Below, in pieces: positions 1 through 18,873 of a DNA stretch of 64,000 nucleotides (positions are counted from its first letter, which is position 1; every line of letters begins with the position of its first letter). The notes beneath the pieces are model-generated. The model was not told where the DNA came from and ran no database searches. It worked only from the letters and a program-made list of their open reading frames with translations. The position numbers and the translations under genes are program-made. Location: positions 1-64,000 of IMG/VR virus record IMGVR_UViG_3300042691_042003; one strand, given 5' to 3'.

Positions 1-9614
<9,614 letters not shown>

Positions 9615-9629
9615 TCATTTGATTTATTT

Positions 9630-9640
9630 TTTCATATAAT
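9630..9640 (+). promoter_or_regulatory. TTTCATATAAT putative promoter box
   Basis: The same 11-mer lies in intergenic DNA at 9630, 17637 and 58333, each just upstream of a start codon. Confidence 0.55.
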
Positions 9641-9644
9641 TTAT

Positions 9645-10229
9645 ATGGAATCTTTAGAAAATAAAAAATACTACGAATGGACTTCCACTTCTCGAATAGG
9701 GAAAGTGGAATCCTATTTGGCAGAAGACGATACGAATATATATTTTGAAAGTGGTAGATTAGTCCCTAAAGATCAATTTGGTTATCAACTTAATCAAATA
9801 GATGAAGAAGTTTACCTTAGAAAAAAAGAAGTAGAATCATTACCAATTAACCCTCCTTCCCAAAACGATTATTCTGTTAATTGGGATTCTTTATTAGGTA
9901 ATGATCCTCCTATACAAAACAGTCCTACACAGACACCAATAGTAGAACAGAATCCTATAAAAATTATACTTGATAAACAGAAGAAGAAAGAAAAAATTTC
10001 TATTCCTATTAATTTCGAATTTGAAATTCCTAGTAAGAAAGTTTTAGATCTTCTAGATGTAATGTTTGATCGAGATGAAGTCATCGAGGAAATTATTAAG
10101 TCTTCTATTGGAAATATTCAAACCGAATCAGTTATCGAAAAAATATCAGATGAAGTTAAGAAAAAAATTCATTCCTTTTTCGATAGCGATGAAAAAGATG
10201 ACTTAAAAAATGAAATGTCGATTGATTGA
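9645..10229 (+). CDS. Hypothetical phage protein
   Basis: 194-aa ORF in operon context; no motif recognised. Confidence 0.7.
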   Translation: MESLENKKYYEWTSTSRIGKVESYLAEDDTNIYFESGRLVPKDQFGYQLNQIDEEVYLRKKEVESLPINPPSQNDYSVNWDSLLGNDPPIQNSPTQTPIVEQNPIKIILDKQKKKEKISIPINFEFEIPSKKVLDLLDVMFDRDEVIEEIIKSSIGNIQTESVIEKISDEVKKKIHSFFDSDEKDDLKNEMSID

Positions 10230-10419
10230 CAATCCTTATGTGGATAAAAATTTTGAAATTGAATTTGAATCTATAAACGAAATTGAGGAACTCAGAAACA
10301 GTTTAACATCTATGATTAAATACTTTACTATATGTAAAGAAGATGGAGAAGAGCTTCCGCCACTAATTTATAAAATTAAAGATAAGAAAATCCCTAAAAC
10401 CAGAAAAAATGAAAAATAA
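10210..10419 (+). CDS. Hypothetical protein
   Basis: 69-aa ORF that fills the gap and overlaps both neighbours. Confidence 0.55.
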   Translation: MKCRLIDNPYVDKNFEIEFESINEIEELRNSLTSMIKYFTICKEDGEELPPLIYKIKDKKIPKTRKNEK

Positions 10420-10744
10420 TTCATCAGCAAGAAGACAAAGAAGACTTTATGAAAAATATCTAAAGAAAACTTCTTTGCAACAATACAAAGAATGGAAGAA
10501 AGATTCCGTAAAAAGAGGAGAAGAATATCATAAGCAGCATACGGAATCTACTATGAAAGATATAGAATCACAATTTGAAAATCTTCAAACTAGAGTAATT
10601 CAATCTATGAAAACTATCGGGAAAAGCGATGAAGAGATTAATGAATACGTTGAAGATTGGTTGACTTCTACTAAGATTTGGGCAGAATCCGATTCTCCTG
10701 AAAGATTTCATAAAGTAAAAAAGAGAAGAGAATCCAATGATTAA
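10409..10744 (+). CDS. Hypothetical highly charged protein
   Basis: 111-aa ORF with a basic N-terminus; coupled to its neighbours. Confidence 0.7.
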   Translation: MKNNSSARRQRRLYEKYLKKTSLQQYKEWKKDSVKRGEEYHKQHTESTMKDIESQFENLQTRVIQSMKTIGKSDEEINEYVEDWLTSTKIWAESDSPERFHKVKKRRESND

Positions 10745-11081
10745 AATAGAACTATCTTCTGCATCAAACGGTGTAATTAAAAGAGTTCTAGATTCTAATA
10801 CAAAAGAAGATAGTTCTTCTTTTAAAGTTTACGAAATTGATTCTGATCCTAATCTAGACTCTTTTCTAGGAGTAATGGAACTTTTTACCGATATCTCTGC
10901 AGATTTAGGTTTAGATTTAGGATCCGATTTTGATCCCTATCAAATGAAATTTGATATTGATTGGGGTGAAAAATACGTTCCTTCCGAAGAGGAAATAGAA
11001 CAAAAAATTAAATCTCTTAATCTTGAATTGAAGAAGCTAAGAGAATGGAAAAAACTTTTAAATGATGGCGGTAATGTCTAA
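10737..11081 (+). CDS. Hypothetical protein
   Basis: 114-aa ORF overlapping the upstream stop. Confidence 0.7.
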   Translation: MIKIELSSASNGVIKRVLDSNTKEDSSSFKVYEIDSDPNLDSFLGVMELFTDISADLGLDLGSDFDPYQMKFDIDWGEKYVPSEEEIEQKIKSLNLELKKLREWKKLLNDGGNV

Positions 11082-11469
11082 GAACGTCTTTATTGTTAAT
11101 TGTGATAGAAAAACTTTTGAATCCTCATTTTCAAAGAAGAAGAATTCAGATATTATAAATCAATACGAGATTTTTCAGAAATTAACAAATAACGATTCTT
11201 CTAAGATCCCTCCTTCTGAAGAAATAGTTAATTTTCAGATTATAAAAAAGCTAAATAATTTTAAAATCTGTAGAAAAACTGAATTCGTTTATTTCCTTAA
11301 AGAAAAAGTAGACAGAAAATTTATTAAAAATTTAAAAAATCTTTTTAGCAATTGTAATGTTCCTGTTTATTTTCATTTGTTAATTGATTCTGAAGATAAA
11401 AAGGGTTTTATAAAAGAATTTAATACGGTTCAAGTTTTAGAAGATGATAAAGCAACCTCTACTGGATAA
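11062..11469 (+). CDS. Hypothetical protein (start may be the later ATG of MSKNVF)
   Basis: ORF in operon context; no motif recognised. Confidence 0.65.
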   Translation: MMAVMSKNVFIVNCDRKTFESSFSKKKNSDIINQYEIFQKLTNNDSSKIPPSEEIVNFQIIKKLNNFKICRKTEFVYFLKEKVDRKFIKNLKNLFSNCNVPVYFHLLIDSEDKKGFIKEFNTVQVLEDDKATSTG

Positions 11470-11989
11470 AAGAAGTATTTGTCATGCTTTGCTTTATTCT
11501 ACTTCCGATCCAGAAACAATGATCCCAATAAAAGGGATCATTGATGATATTTATTTTGAAGAAGATATTCCTGTTTATTCTATAAGAATTATTAAATTTT
11601 ATGACGGAATTAATTTTCTAAAAACTTCTTTTATAGGAAAATCCTTCCTTACAAATTATAAAGGTAAACCTAAACCTATTGTAATACCTAAAGAAATTAG
11701 GTTAATTGGGGAGTTAGAGAATTGGCTAGGAGAAAAATCTAAATATCGATTTTGTATTGAATCTAATCTCGTTACAAGATCTAAACATGAGATGATGGAT
11801 CTTTTTTATAAGATTCAAGAATATATTATATCTCAAAAATTTAGAAGTTTAAAAAGAATTTTCTTAAGAACTCCTTATGAAGGTCCTTTTAGAATGAATT
11901 CCAATGAAGAATTTAATCGAAGAATAGAAAGAGGATTTGCAGATCTTTTTTCAGAAAATTCATTTAAATCGTTCATAGAAACCATTTGA
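11444..11989 (+). CDS. Hypothetical protein
   Basis: 181-aa ORF in operon context. Confidence 0.7.
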   Translation: MIKQPLLDKRSICHALLYSTSDPETMIPIKGIIDDIYFEEDIPVYSIRIIKFYDGINFLKTSFIGKSFLTNYKGKPKPIVIPKEIRLIGELENWLGEKSKYRFCIESNLVTRSKHEMMDLFYKIQEYIISQKFRSLKRIFLRTPYEGPFRMNSNEEFNRRIERGFADLFSENSFKSFIETI

Positions 11990-11995
11990 TATATA
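11988..11995 (+). promoter_or_regulatory. GATATATA putative late promoter
   Basis: GATA(T/A)ATA recurs at gene boundaries: 11988, 18834, 20046, 47969, 54066, 55509. Confidence 0.55.
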
Positions 11996-12012
11996 ATAAA
12001 ATAATCTAAAAG

Positions 12013-13620
12013 ATGGCTGAAATCAATTATTATAAGTACGACGATTTAGATTTTTCAGGTCCAGCTCCAATAGAAGTTAAAGAGGAAAAAGGAAAAGAGA
12101 TATACAAAGGGATTGATAGGCAAGGAAAACCTTCAATTTTTAATAGATATTCTATTTTCTTTTATAACGGACAGCAATCGGATGCAACAATGCCAGAAGA
12201 TTTCTATGATTCTCCAGATAGAATAGGAGATGCGGCTTTGAAAAAAGTTAGAAATTATCCTTCGGCTCAAAATATTATAGAATGGAGCAAAAGCGGTAAA
12301 GCTAATGCTATAGATTATGCTTGGGAAGATTTTCTTTGGTGTAAAAATTATGGAAAAATTCCAAATAATTACATGGTTACCTTAAGAAGATTTACGGTTC
12401 CTCCTGAAGATGACCTTTCTCATACTGCAAAAAATACTAACCCTGATGTAGCTAGACTAATTACTTGGGTAGACGGAGAAACAAATAAATGGGAAAATGT
12501 TGGTCTAAAATGGTCTCATAATTTAAATTTTAAAGAACTAACTGCAGATCTACAAACTAAGGAATCTCAACCAGGATATGGTAATGAATCAGGAGCTTTT
12601 GAAGGATCTCCATTAGGAGGTATGCTTAAAACTTTCTCTTCTCTTTCGGATTTTGGTGCTTCTAAAGCTGCTGCATCAAATAATCCTCAATCTAACTCTT
12701 TTGATCCTTATCAAAATAGTAATGTAGTATTTGGTCCTATCGATAGAGTTATGAAAATGCAAGTGAGGGAAAAAGGACTAGATTTCTCTCAAGACATAAC
12801 TTTGGTTTTTGAATTCGAGCTTAGATCTATTGATGGAATTAATCCTAAAGTTGCCATGCTAGATTTACTTTCTAATGTTATGATTTGTACTATGAATAGA
12901 GGATCTTGGTGGGGAGGAGATGTTAGATATTATGGAGGAAACCCTAGACAATTAAAACCGATAGGAGATCCAAGTAAATTAGCAAGCGGGGATGTTGAAG
13001 GATATTGGAATTCTTTCGTTAAAGGATTTCAAGGTAGGTTAGATGCATTATCAGGAGGAAAGGGAATATTTAGTTGGGAAGGAGCTAAAAATGCTTTAAA
13101 GAATGTTGCCGGTAATTTTATGTCTCAACTTGCCGGAGGTGCTCTAGATAAAATGGGAAGGCCCGGAATTCAAGCGGTAAATGCTCTACTTTCAGGAGAA
13201 TCTACAGGAGAGTGGCATATAACTGTAGGAAATCCTGCTAATCCTATTATTTCTATAGGAAATTTAATTCTTTCTAAAACTGAAGTAGATTTAAACGGTC
13301 CTTTGGGATTTGATGATTTTCCAACCAAAGTGAAAGTAACTTGTACTCTTAAACCTGCTCGTCCTAGAGATCGTACAGAAATAATGGCAATGTTTTCAAG
13401 GAATGGAAGAACTTATCTCACTGCAGCTCCTCAATCTTCTAAATATGCGGGAAATCGACCAAGAGGAGGACAAAACGGAGGAAAAACACCACCAGGAAAT
13501 AATGCAGATACTTTAAAACAAGCTAATCTAGAAACTAAATTTCCTAAAGAATTACTTGCTTTAAGATTTCCAAATCATAAAGGAGATTTATTAGATAATA
13601 CAGCAAAACATATATTTTAA
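12013..13620 (+). CDS. Putative baseplate / tail-tube initiator protein
   Basis: 535 aa, directly upstream of the gp53-like gene; the C-terminal region (NPIISIGNLILSKTEV...FPTKVKVTCTLKP) is suggestive of a tube-fold baseplate protein. Confidence 0.45.
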   Translation: MAEINYYKYDDLDFSGPAPIEVKEEKGKEIYKGIDRQGKPSIFNRYSIFFYNGQQSDATMPEDFYDSPDRIGDAALKKVRNYPSAQNIIEWSKSGKANAIDYAWEDFLWCKNYGKIPNNYMVTLRRFTVPPEDDLSHTAKNTNPDVARLITWVDGETNKWENVGLKWSHNLNFKELTADLQTKESQPGYGNESGAFEGSPLGGMLKTFSSLSDFGASKAAASNNPQSNSFDPYQNSNVVFGPIDRVMKMQVREKGLDFSQDITLVFEFELRSIDGINPKVAMLDLLSNVMICTMNRGSWWGGDVRYYGGNPRQLKPIGDPSKLASGDVEGYWNSFVKGFQGRLDALSGGKGIFSWEGAKNALKNVAGNFMSQLAGGALDKMGRPGIQAVNALLSGESTGEWHITVGNPANPIISIGNLILSKTEVDLNGPLGFDDFPTKVKVTCTLKPARPRDRTEIMAMFSRNGRTYLTAAPQSSKYAGNRPRGGQNGGKTPPGNNADTLKQANLETKFPKELLALRFPNHKGDLLDNTAKHIF

Positions 13621-14163
13621 ATGGTTATAGAACTTTTTGATTTAAAATCCGAAATGGTTAAAGAAGGAATTCGTATGATAGATTTCCTAGAGAATAATTT
13701 TAATGTAAATTATTCATATCCTAACCTACAAATTTATAAAGTTTTTTTAATTAAAGAGGAATATTTATGTAGACCGGATTTGCTTTCATGGGAAGCTTAT
13801 AATAATGTAAATTATGTTGATATTATTTTAAAATTTAATCAAATTACAAATCCTTTTTCTATGGAGGTAGATGATATTATTTTAGTTCCTTCTATTAAAT
13901 CTGCTAGAGCTTTTTATCAAAAAGATAAATTAGTTAATTCTGCAATTGTTAATGATACTAAAGCTTTATTTTTAGATCCTTCTAAGGCTTCAAAAAAAGA
14001 TTTAGCAAGATTAAAACAATTAGAAAAGATAGCAAGTAGAAGAGCAAATGGATCTACTGAAATAAAACCTACTAATTTATTAAGGAAAGGAGAACAACCT
14101 TTCGAGGTTTCAGGAGGTTATATTAATTTTGCTCCTTCATCTTCTTCAAATACAAATAGATAA
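13621..14163 (+). CDS. Baseplate wedge protein, T4 gp53-like (LysM-like)
   Basis: RPDLLSWEAYNNVNYVDIILKFNQITNPFSMEVDDIILVPS matches the gp53/LysM signature. Confidence 0.8.
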   Translation: MVIELFDLKSEMVKEGIRMIDFLENNFNVNYSYPNLQIYKVFLIKEEYLCRPDLLSWEAYNNVNYVDIILKFNQITNPFSMEVDDIILVPSIKSARAFYQKDKLVNSAIVNDTKALFLDPSKASKKDLARLKQLEKIASRRANGSTEIKPTNLLRKGEQPFEVSGGYINFAPSSSSNTNR

Positions 14164-14175
14164 TCAAATTCCTAA

Positions 14176-15705
14176 ATGAGTAATTTTGAAAGAAGTATAG
14201 TTTCTATTATAGATCCTACTATTAAAACTGATCCAATAGCACAGGCTGATACTGAATCAAAAGAAGCTAGATCTGAAGGTACTGAAGCTATAGGAGAAGG
14301 GTCGAATACTAAAAATTCTTCTAGATGGGGTGCTTTTTTACCTCTTATTTTTATAAATACAAATAGATTTGATCAAGATCAAATCAGTTTAATGGTTGTT
14401 GAATTTGATGATAAAATTCCTACAATATCGGTTATATTAAAAGATCCAAACGGTAAATTTACGTTAGATGCACCTTTAGATGGGGATGTTATTTCTCTTT
14501 ATATTAGACCACCTGATGCGGCAAATCAAAAACCTATTAGAATAGATTTTGACATAACCGATATTTCAGGTAATCCTCCTTCTCAAACTTTTTCGGTTAA
14601 TGGTATTATGAAAATACCCGGATTCTTTGCTGAAGTTTGTAAAGATTTCCCTAAAGGAAATTCATTCGATCATCTACAAGATGTTTGTGAAGAAGTAGGA
14701 TTAGGTTTTGCTTCAAATGAAACTGCTACCGATGATTCAATGCCTAGAATTTGTGCATTTGAACCTTATCAATCTTTTGTTGATACAACAGTAATGCATA
14801 CATATAAAGATGATGATTCATTTTTTACTTGGTATATAGATCCTTTTTATTATCTTTGTTTAGTTAATATTAATAAACAATTTGACTTAGAAGATAAATC
14901 TGAAGAAATAAACATTAATTCTATCACTCCTTTTTCTGGAGGACAAAACGATGACGAGGCTGATGATACTTCTAAAGGTAATTTAGTTCTTACTAATCAA
15001 AGCGATAGAAATGGAACGAACATTTATATAGATCATTGGGCTGTTGATAATAAATCTGCTACAGTTTGGATAAAAAATGGTTATAAAAGATATTCACAAT
15101 ATTTAGAGTTAAATGAAGAAGGAGGAACAGAATATGTTAGTACTTTTGCGGATCCTTTGACTACTAAAGGTGCCGAAAGTGATGCAATTCTTCCTAAAGG
15201 GAGAAAGGGGGATAATTTTTACGAAAAGCAAATAAAATATAAATGGTTAGGAAAACAATCTATAGGTAATGTTCATGATAATTATATTTTTTCTAATCTT
15301 CTCAATTTTCAAAATCTTCAAGAAATAGAAAAATTAAGTCTTAATATAGATTTAGCTGGAATGAATTTTTATATTTACCGATATATGAGAATTCCAGTTA
15401 GTATATATAATGATGGTAGTAGAGGAACCGATAAATTACAGAGATTAAAAGATCGAGATAAAGCTTTAGGAGAAGATAATGATGATAATAATGAAAAAAT
15501 TATTAAGAGGGCATCAGGGGAAAATGAAGTGAATATAAATGATGTAGGAACCGATCCAAGAGATCAAGTACTAAATCAACACATTTCAGGATATTACGTT
15601 GTTAATACTATAAAATACGTTTATTCTCCTCCAGGACCTATTAAAATGAAGCTAAACTTGATTAGGAGAGAATGGCCGATTCCAGCAAAAAATAACGATT
15701 ACTAA
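14176..15705 (+). CDS. Putative baseplate hub protein (gp27/VgrG-N-like)
   Basis: Lies between gp53 and gp5; C-terminal SGYYVVNTIKYVYSP...KLNLIRREW resembles the end of hub proteins. Confidence 0.55.
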   Translation: MSNFERSIVSIIDPTIKTDPIAQADTESKEARSEGTEAIGEGSNTKNSSRWGAFLPLIFINTNRFDQDQISLMVVEFDDKIPTISVILKDPNGKFTLDAPLDGDVISLYIRPPDAANQKPIRIDFDITDISGNPPSQTFSVNGIMKIPGFFAEVCKDFPKGNSFDHLQDVCEEVGLGFASNETATDDSMPRICAFEPYQSFVDTTVMHTYKDDDSFFTWYIDPFYYLCLVNINKQFDLEDKSEEININSITPFSGGQNDDEADDTSKGNLVLTNQSDRNGTNIYIDHWAVDNKSATVWIKNGYKRYSQYLELNEEGGTEYVSTFADPLTTKGAESDAILPKGRKGDNFYEKQIKYKWLGKQSIGNVHDNYIFSNLLNFQNLQEIEKLSLNIDLAGMNFYIYRYMRIPVSIYNDGSRGTDKLQRLKDRDKALGEDNDDNNEKIIKRASGENEVNINDVGTDPRDQVLNQHISGYYVVNTIKYVYSPPGPIKMKLNLIRREWPIPAKNNDY

Positions 15706-17633
15706 TGGCATCACCTTTAAATAATTATAATTATAAAGATCCAGGTGTTCTAAGATTTAAAAAAACAAATCTTTATTATACTGAAGATCCTTATCTTCTT
15801 TATCAAGATCCTACTTGGCTAGGTTTTAAGCTATTTTTTAATTTCGATCAAGCCGATAGTAAGTTATTTGGATTAACCGAAAGTTATACAAATACTGCAT
15901 ATTCTTATCTTTTAAGGATAGGAGATAAGGCTAGAGCCGGATATATGGAAAAATTTGTAAAACATATCTACGAAATTAATAATAAAACTCCTTGGTTTTT
16001 TCAAACTATAACTGGCTTAAGTGAAGCATGGAAAAGAGGATATCAAGATGAAAATTTTAAACCTCTTCTTCCAAATGATAGAAAAATTGAAATAGGTTGT
16101 TTAGAATCTATCGATTTAAGAATATCTGCTTTAATGGATCTGTACAGAAAGTCTTGTTTTGATTGGTATCATAGAAGAGAAATTGTTCCTTGGAATTTAA
16201 GAAATTTTGATGTACTTATTTATGTTTATGAAATAAGAGAAATAAATAGAACGGGTAAACCTTCCCCTTCGGGTATGTTAGATCTTACAAGATTAGCTGG
16301 AATTCCTGATATTAATCAAAAACAACAATCTGAAAATAAAAGGTTGTTAGGTGAAGATCCTTACGGATCTGATGATAGTAAATCTCCTTTAAAACAATTA
16401 ATTGATAAAGGGAAAAGTATAATTGAAGGGGTTAAAGCTGATCCAATTCAAGGGATTAAATCTGCTTTAAATCCAAATACAGCAGGTAACGAAGCATCAA
16501 ATACACCAAACACAAATATAAATAGATTTTTATTTAAATTTAAGTATTGTGAATTCTTACCTGATGAATCAGGAGCAGTTTTAGAAAAAGTTGCCTCTTT
16601 TTCTGGAGGAGAAGGAGAAGCTGCTCAGCAAAAAATAGTTTTTTCTTATAGAGATGTAGAAGAGATCAATTTATATAATATCTATTCCGAGGATCAATAC
16701 GTTCAAGATAAAATTATACAACTTTTTGATCAGGCAGCTATTGACGATCCTAATTTAGTTTTTGCTAACGAAAATGGTAGTTTTAGGACTAATAATTTAA
16801 AAGAAAGACCTTCTTACGGCTTAGAGAGTGTTTTAAATGAAGCAGGATATGGAGTTCTGACTCCTTTTGCTTCTCTTGCAGGTGATAAATTAGAAAGATT
16901 AATTAGCTCTTATGCAGGAAAACTTCTGATGGGTAATATTTATGGATTCTCTCCTCTTAATGCCGCAGGAGCAGTTTCAGGAGTTCTCAGCGGAGATCCT
17001 ACTCAAGTTTTAGCAGGAGCACAAAATTTAGTAGGACAAATAGCTGGAAGTAAATCAGAAAAAAATAGAACGAATGATGTAGAATCAATAGGACCTATAG
17101 ATAAAGGTTCTTCACAATTTAATAATACGAACGATGTAACTTCAATAGGTGGAAGAAGAGCTGTAGATGGATCTTCTCTATCTAATAATACAAAAGATGT
17201 AGGATCTTTAGGAAATACTTATACTCCTGGTCCATCCATTACAAATAAGACAATTGATGTAGATTCTTTAGGTAGTACTTATGATCCTGGATTATCCCCT
17301 AGTAATAATACGAACGATGTAGATTCTTTAGGGCCCATAGAAAGAGGTCAATCTCCTACTAATAAAACTAATGATGTAGGATCTCTCGGAACTAATGATC
17401 CAGGACAGTCACCTTCTAATGCTACAAAAGATGTTAGTTCTTTAGGTTCTATAGCTAAAGGTGATTCTCCTATTAATAAAACTAATGATGTTGGTTCTCT
17501 TGGAAATAATGATCCGGGACAATCACCTTCTAATGCTACAAAAGATGTTGGTTCTCTTGGAACTAATGATCCAGGTCAATCACCTTCTAATGCTACAAAA
17601 GATGTAGGTTCTCTTGGAAATACATTTGGATAA
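15705..17633 (+). CDS. Putative baseplate/tail-tube-like protein with C-terminal repeat array
   Basis: 642 aa in the baseplate cluster; ten 19-21-aa repeats at the C-terminus. Confidence 0.5.
   Translation: MASPLNNYNYKDPGVLRFKKTNLYYTEDPYLLYQDPTWLGFKLFFNFDQADSKLFGLTESYTNTAYSYLLRIGDKARAGYMEKFVKHIYEINNKTPWFFQTITGLSEAWKRGYQDENFKPLLPNDRKIEIGCLESIDLRISALMDLYRKSCFDWYHRREIVPWNLRNFDVLIYVYEIREINRTGKPSPSGMLDLTRLAGIPDINQKQQSENKRLLGEDPYGSDDSKSPLKQLIDKGKSIIEGVKADPIQGIKSALNPNTAGNEASNTPNTNINRFLFKFKYCEFLPDESGAVLEKVASFSGGEGEAAQQKIVFSYRDVEEINLYNIYSEDQYVQDKIIQLFDQAAIDDPNLVFANENGSFRTNNLKERPSYGLESVLNEAGYGVLTPFASLAGDKLERLISSYAGKLLMGNIYGFSPLNAAGAVSGVLSGDPTQVLAGAQNLVGQIAGSKSEKNRTNDVESIGPIDKGSSQFNNTNDVTSIGGRRAVDGSSLSNNTKDVGSLGNTYTPGPSITNKTIDVDSLGSTYDPGLSPSNNTNDVDSLGPIERGQSPTNKTNDVGSLGTNDPGQSPSNATKDVSSLGSIAKGDSPINKTNDVGSLGNNDPGQSPSNATKDVGSLGTNDPGQSPSNATKDVGSLGNTFG
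17064..17630 (+). repeat. Ten tandem ~57-bp coding repeats, consensus NxTxDVxSLGxxDxGxSP
   Basis: Visible in both protein and DNA; the last copies (GATCCAGG..CACCTTCTAATGCTACAAAAGATG) are near identical with a 57-bp period. Confidence 0.9.
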
Positions 17634-17636
17634 CAA

Positions 17637-17647
17637 TTTCATATAAT
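17637..17647 (+). promoter_or_regulatory. TTTCATATAAT putative promoter box
   Basis: Exact copy of the motif at 9630 and 58333, 6 nt before the ATG. Confidence 0.55.
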
Positions 17648-17653
17648 TAAAAT

Positions 17654-18448
17654 ATGCTTAATAATCAAACAGCTTATAAAGACGATCTTGTAGGAACTTC
17701 TTGGGTAGGGGAAGTAGTGGATATTGAAGACCCACAAAAAATAGGAAGAGTTCGAGTAAAAGTATACGGTAAATTTGATGATATTCCTACTGAATCTATT
17801 CCTTGGGCATATCCAGGAAATAATCAAACAGGAGGATCTGATAGTGGAGGAGGATTTTTTTCCGTACCTAAGTTAGGTTCTTTAGTTTCAATTAAATTTG
17901 ATAATGGGAATATTTATCATCCTGAATATTTTTTTAATCAAAAAATTTCAGATGAAACAAAAGAAGAAATAAGTAATTCATATCCTAATGCTCATGTTTT
18001 AATATATGATACAGTTACTGAAGAATTTGTTAAAGTCTTCTTTACTGAAGAAAAAGGTCTAATGTTTGATTATAAGAAAACTCAAATTAATATTAAGCCT
18101 GATAAATCTATAGATATTCATACAGAATCTAATAACAGTAAAATTCTAATAGAAGACGACGGAAAACTTACAGTTTATCATAAAGGAGAAATGAAAATTG
18201 ATTGTGATGCTAATGTTAATCTTACATCAAAAAAAGATGTAAAAGTTAAGTGTACTAATTTAACGATAGATCATTCGGCTTCTATAAAATTAGGTGCAGC
18301 AGCAAGTGAATTAGCAGTTTTGGGAAATCAAATGATGACACTTTTTAATACACATACACATGTAGGAAATTTAGGTGCTCCTACTTCCCCTCCTATGGCA
18401 CCTATGACACCAACTCATTTAAGTCAAAAACAAGTTAAAGTTCAATAA
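17654..18448 (+). CDS. Central spike protein, gp5/VgrG/gpV-like, no lysozyme domain
   Basis: OB-fold signature (WVGEVVDIEDPQKIGRVRVKVYG...WAYP...FSVPKLGSLVSIKFDNGNIYHPEY), a beta-helix-like segment, and a C-terminal HxH (NTHTH) metal-binding apex as in P2 gpV. Confidence 0.85.
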   Translation: MLNNQTAYKDDLVGTSWVGEVVDIEDPQKIGRVRVKVYGKFDDIPTESIPWAYPGNNQTGGSDSGGGFFSVPKLGSLVSIKFDNGNIYHPEYFFNQKISDETKEEISNSYPNAHVLIYDTVTEEFVKVFFTEEKGLMFDYKKTQINIKPDKSIDIHTESNNSKILIEDDGKLTVYHKGEMKIDCDANVNLTSKKDVKVKCTNLTIDHSASIKLGAAASELAVLGNQMMTLFNTHTHVGNLGAPTSPPMAPMTPTHLSQKQVKVQ

Positions 18449-18450
18449 TT

Positions 18451-18816
18451 ATGCCATTAATTCCAACCGTTCTTAAATCAGGAATACAATTAGGGTTAGA
18501 ACCTCTGATATTTGCTAAAACTCAATCTTCTTTTAAAGCTGCTATGGCTAAATTTAAAGAAGTATCAGAAAAACAAACTGGTAATGAAGGAAAGGATGTA
18601 TTTAATGCTGCAAATACTGCAGCTTCTCTAGAATTTGCTAATAATATGAAGCAATTAGCAAATGATATAGCAATGGTCGTTTCTACTAACGTAGATGCAT
18701 ATATAAAGACAGCTACGATTATTATTCCTCCAGGTATAGCTGTTACTACTGCTGGTTCTCCTGCTGCACAAGCTGGAGCTTCTATAGCTCCTTCTCCTCC
18801 AGCAATTATTACATAA
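18451..18816 (+). CDS. Small spike-associated virion protein (hypothetical)
   Basis: Directly after the spike gene; Ala/Pro-rich C-terminus. Confidence 0.4.
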   Translation: MPLIPTVLKSGIQLGLEPLIFAKTQSSFKAAMAKFKEVSEKQTGNEGKDVFNAANTAASLEFANNMKQLANDIAMVVSTNVDAYIKTATIIIPPGIAVTTAGSPAAQAGASIAPSPPAIIT

Positions 18817-18833
18817 ATTTTAAGTTGAATTGA

Positions 18834-18841
18834 GATATATA
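18834..18841 (+). promoter_or_regulatory. GATATATA putative late promoter
   Basis: Recurrent motif upstream of the S1 gene. Confidence 0.5.
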
Positions 18842-18873
18842 TAATATCTTAATACCTTATTATTTTATTATAA

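Noticed and set aside
17064-17630. CRISPR-like periodicity
   Set aside because: The repeats are in-frame coding units with no unique spacers.
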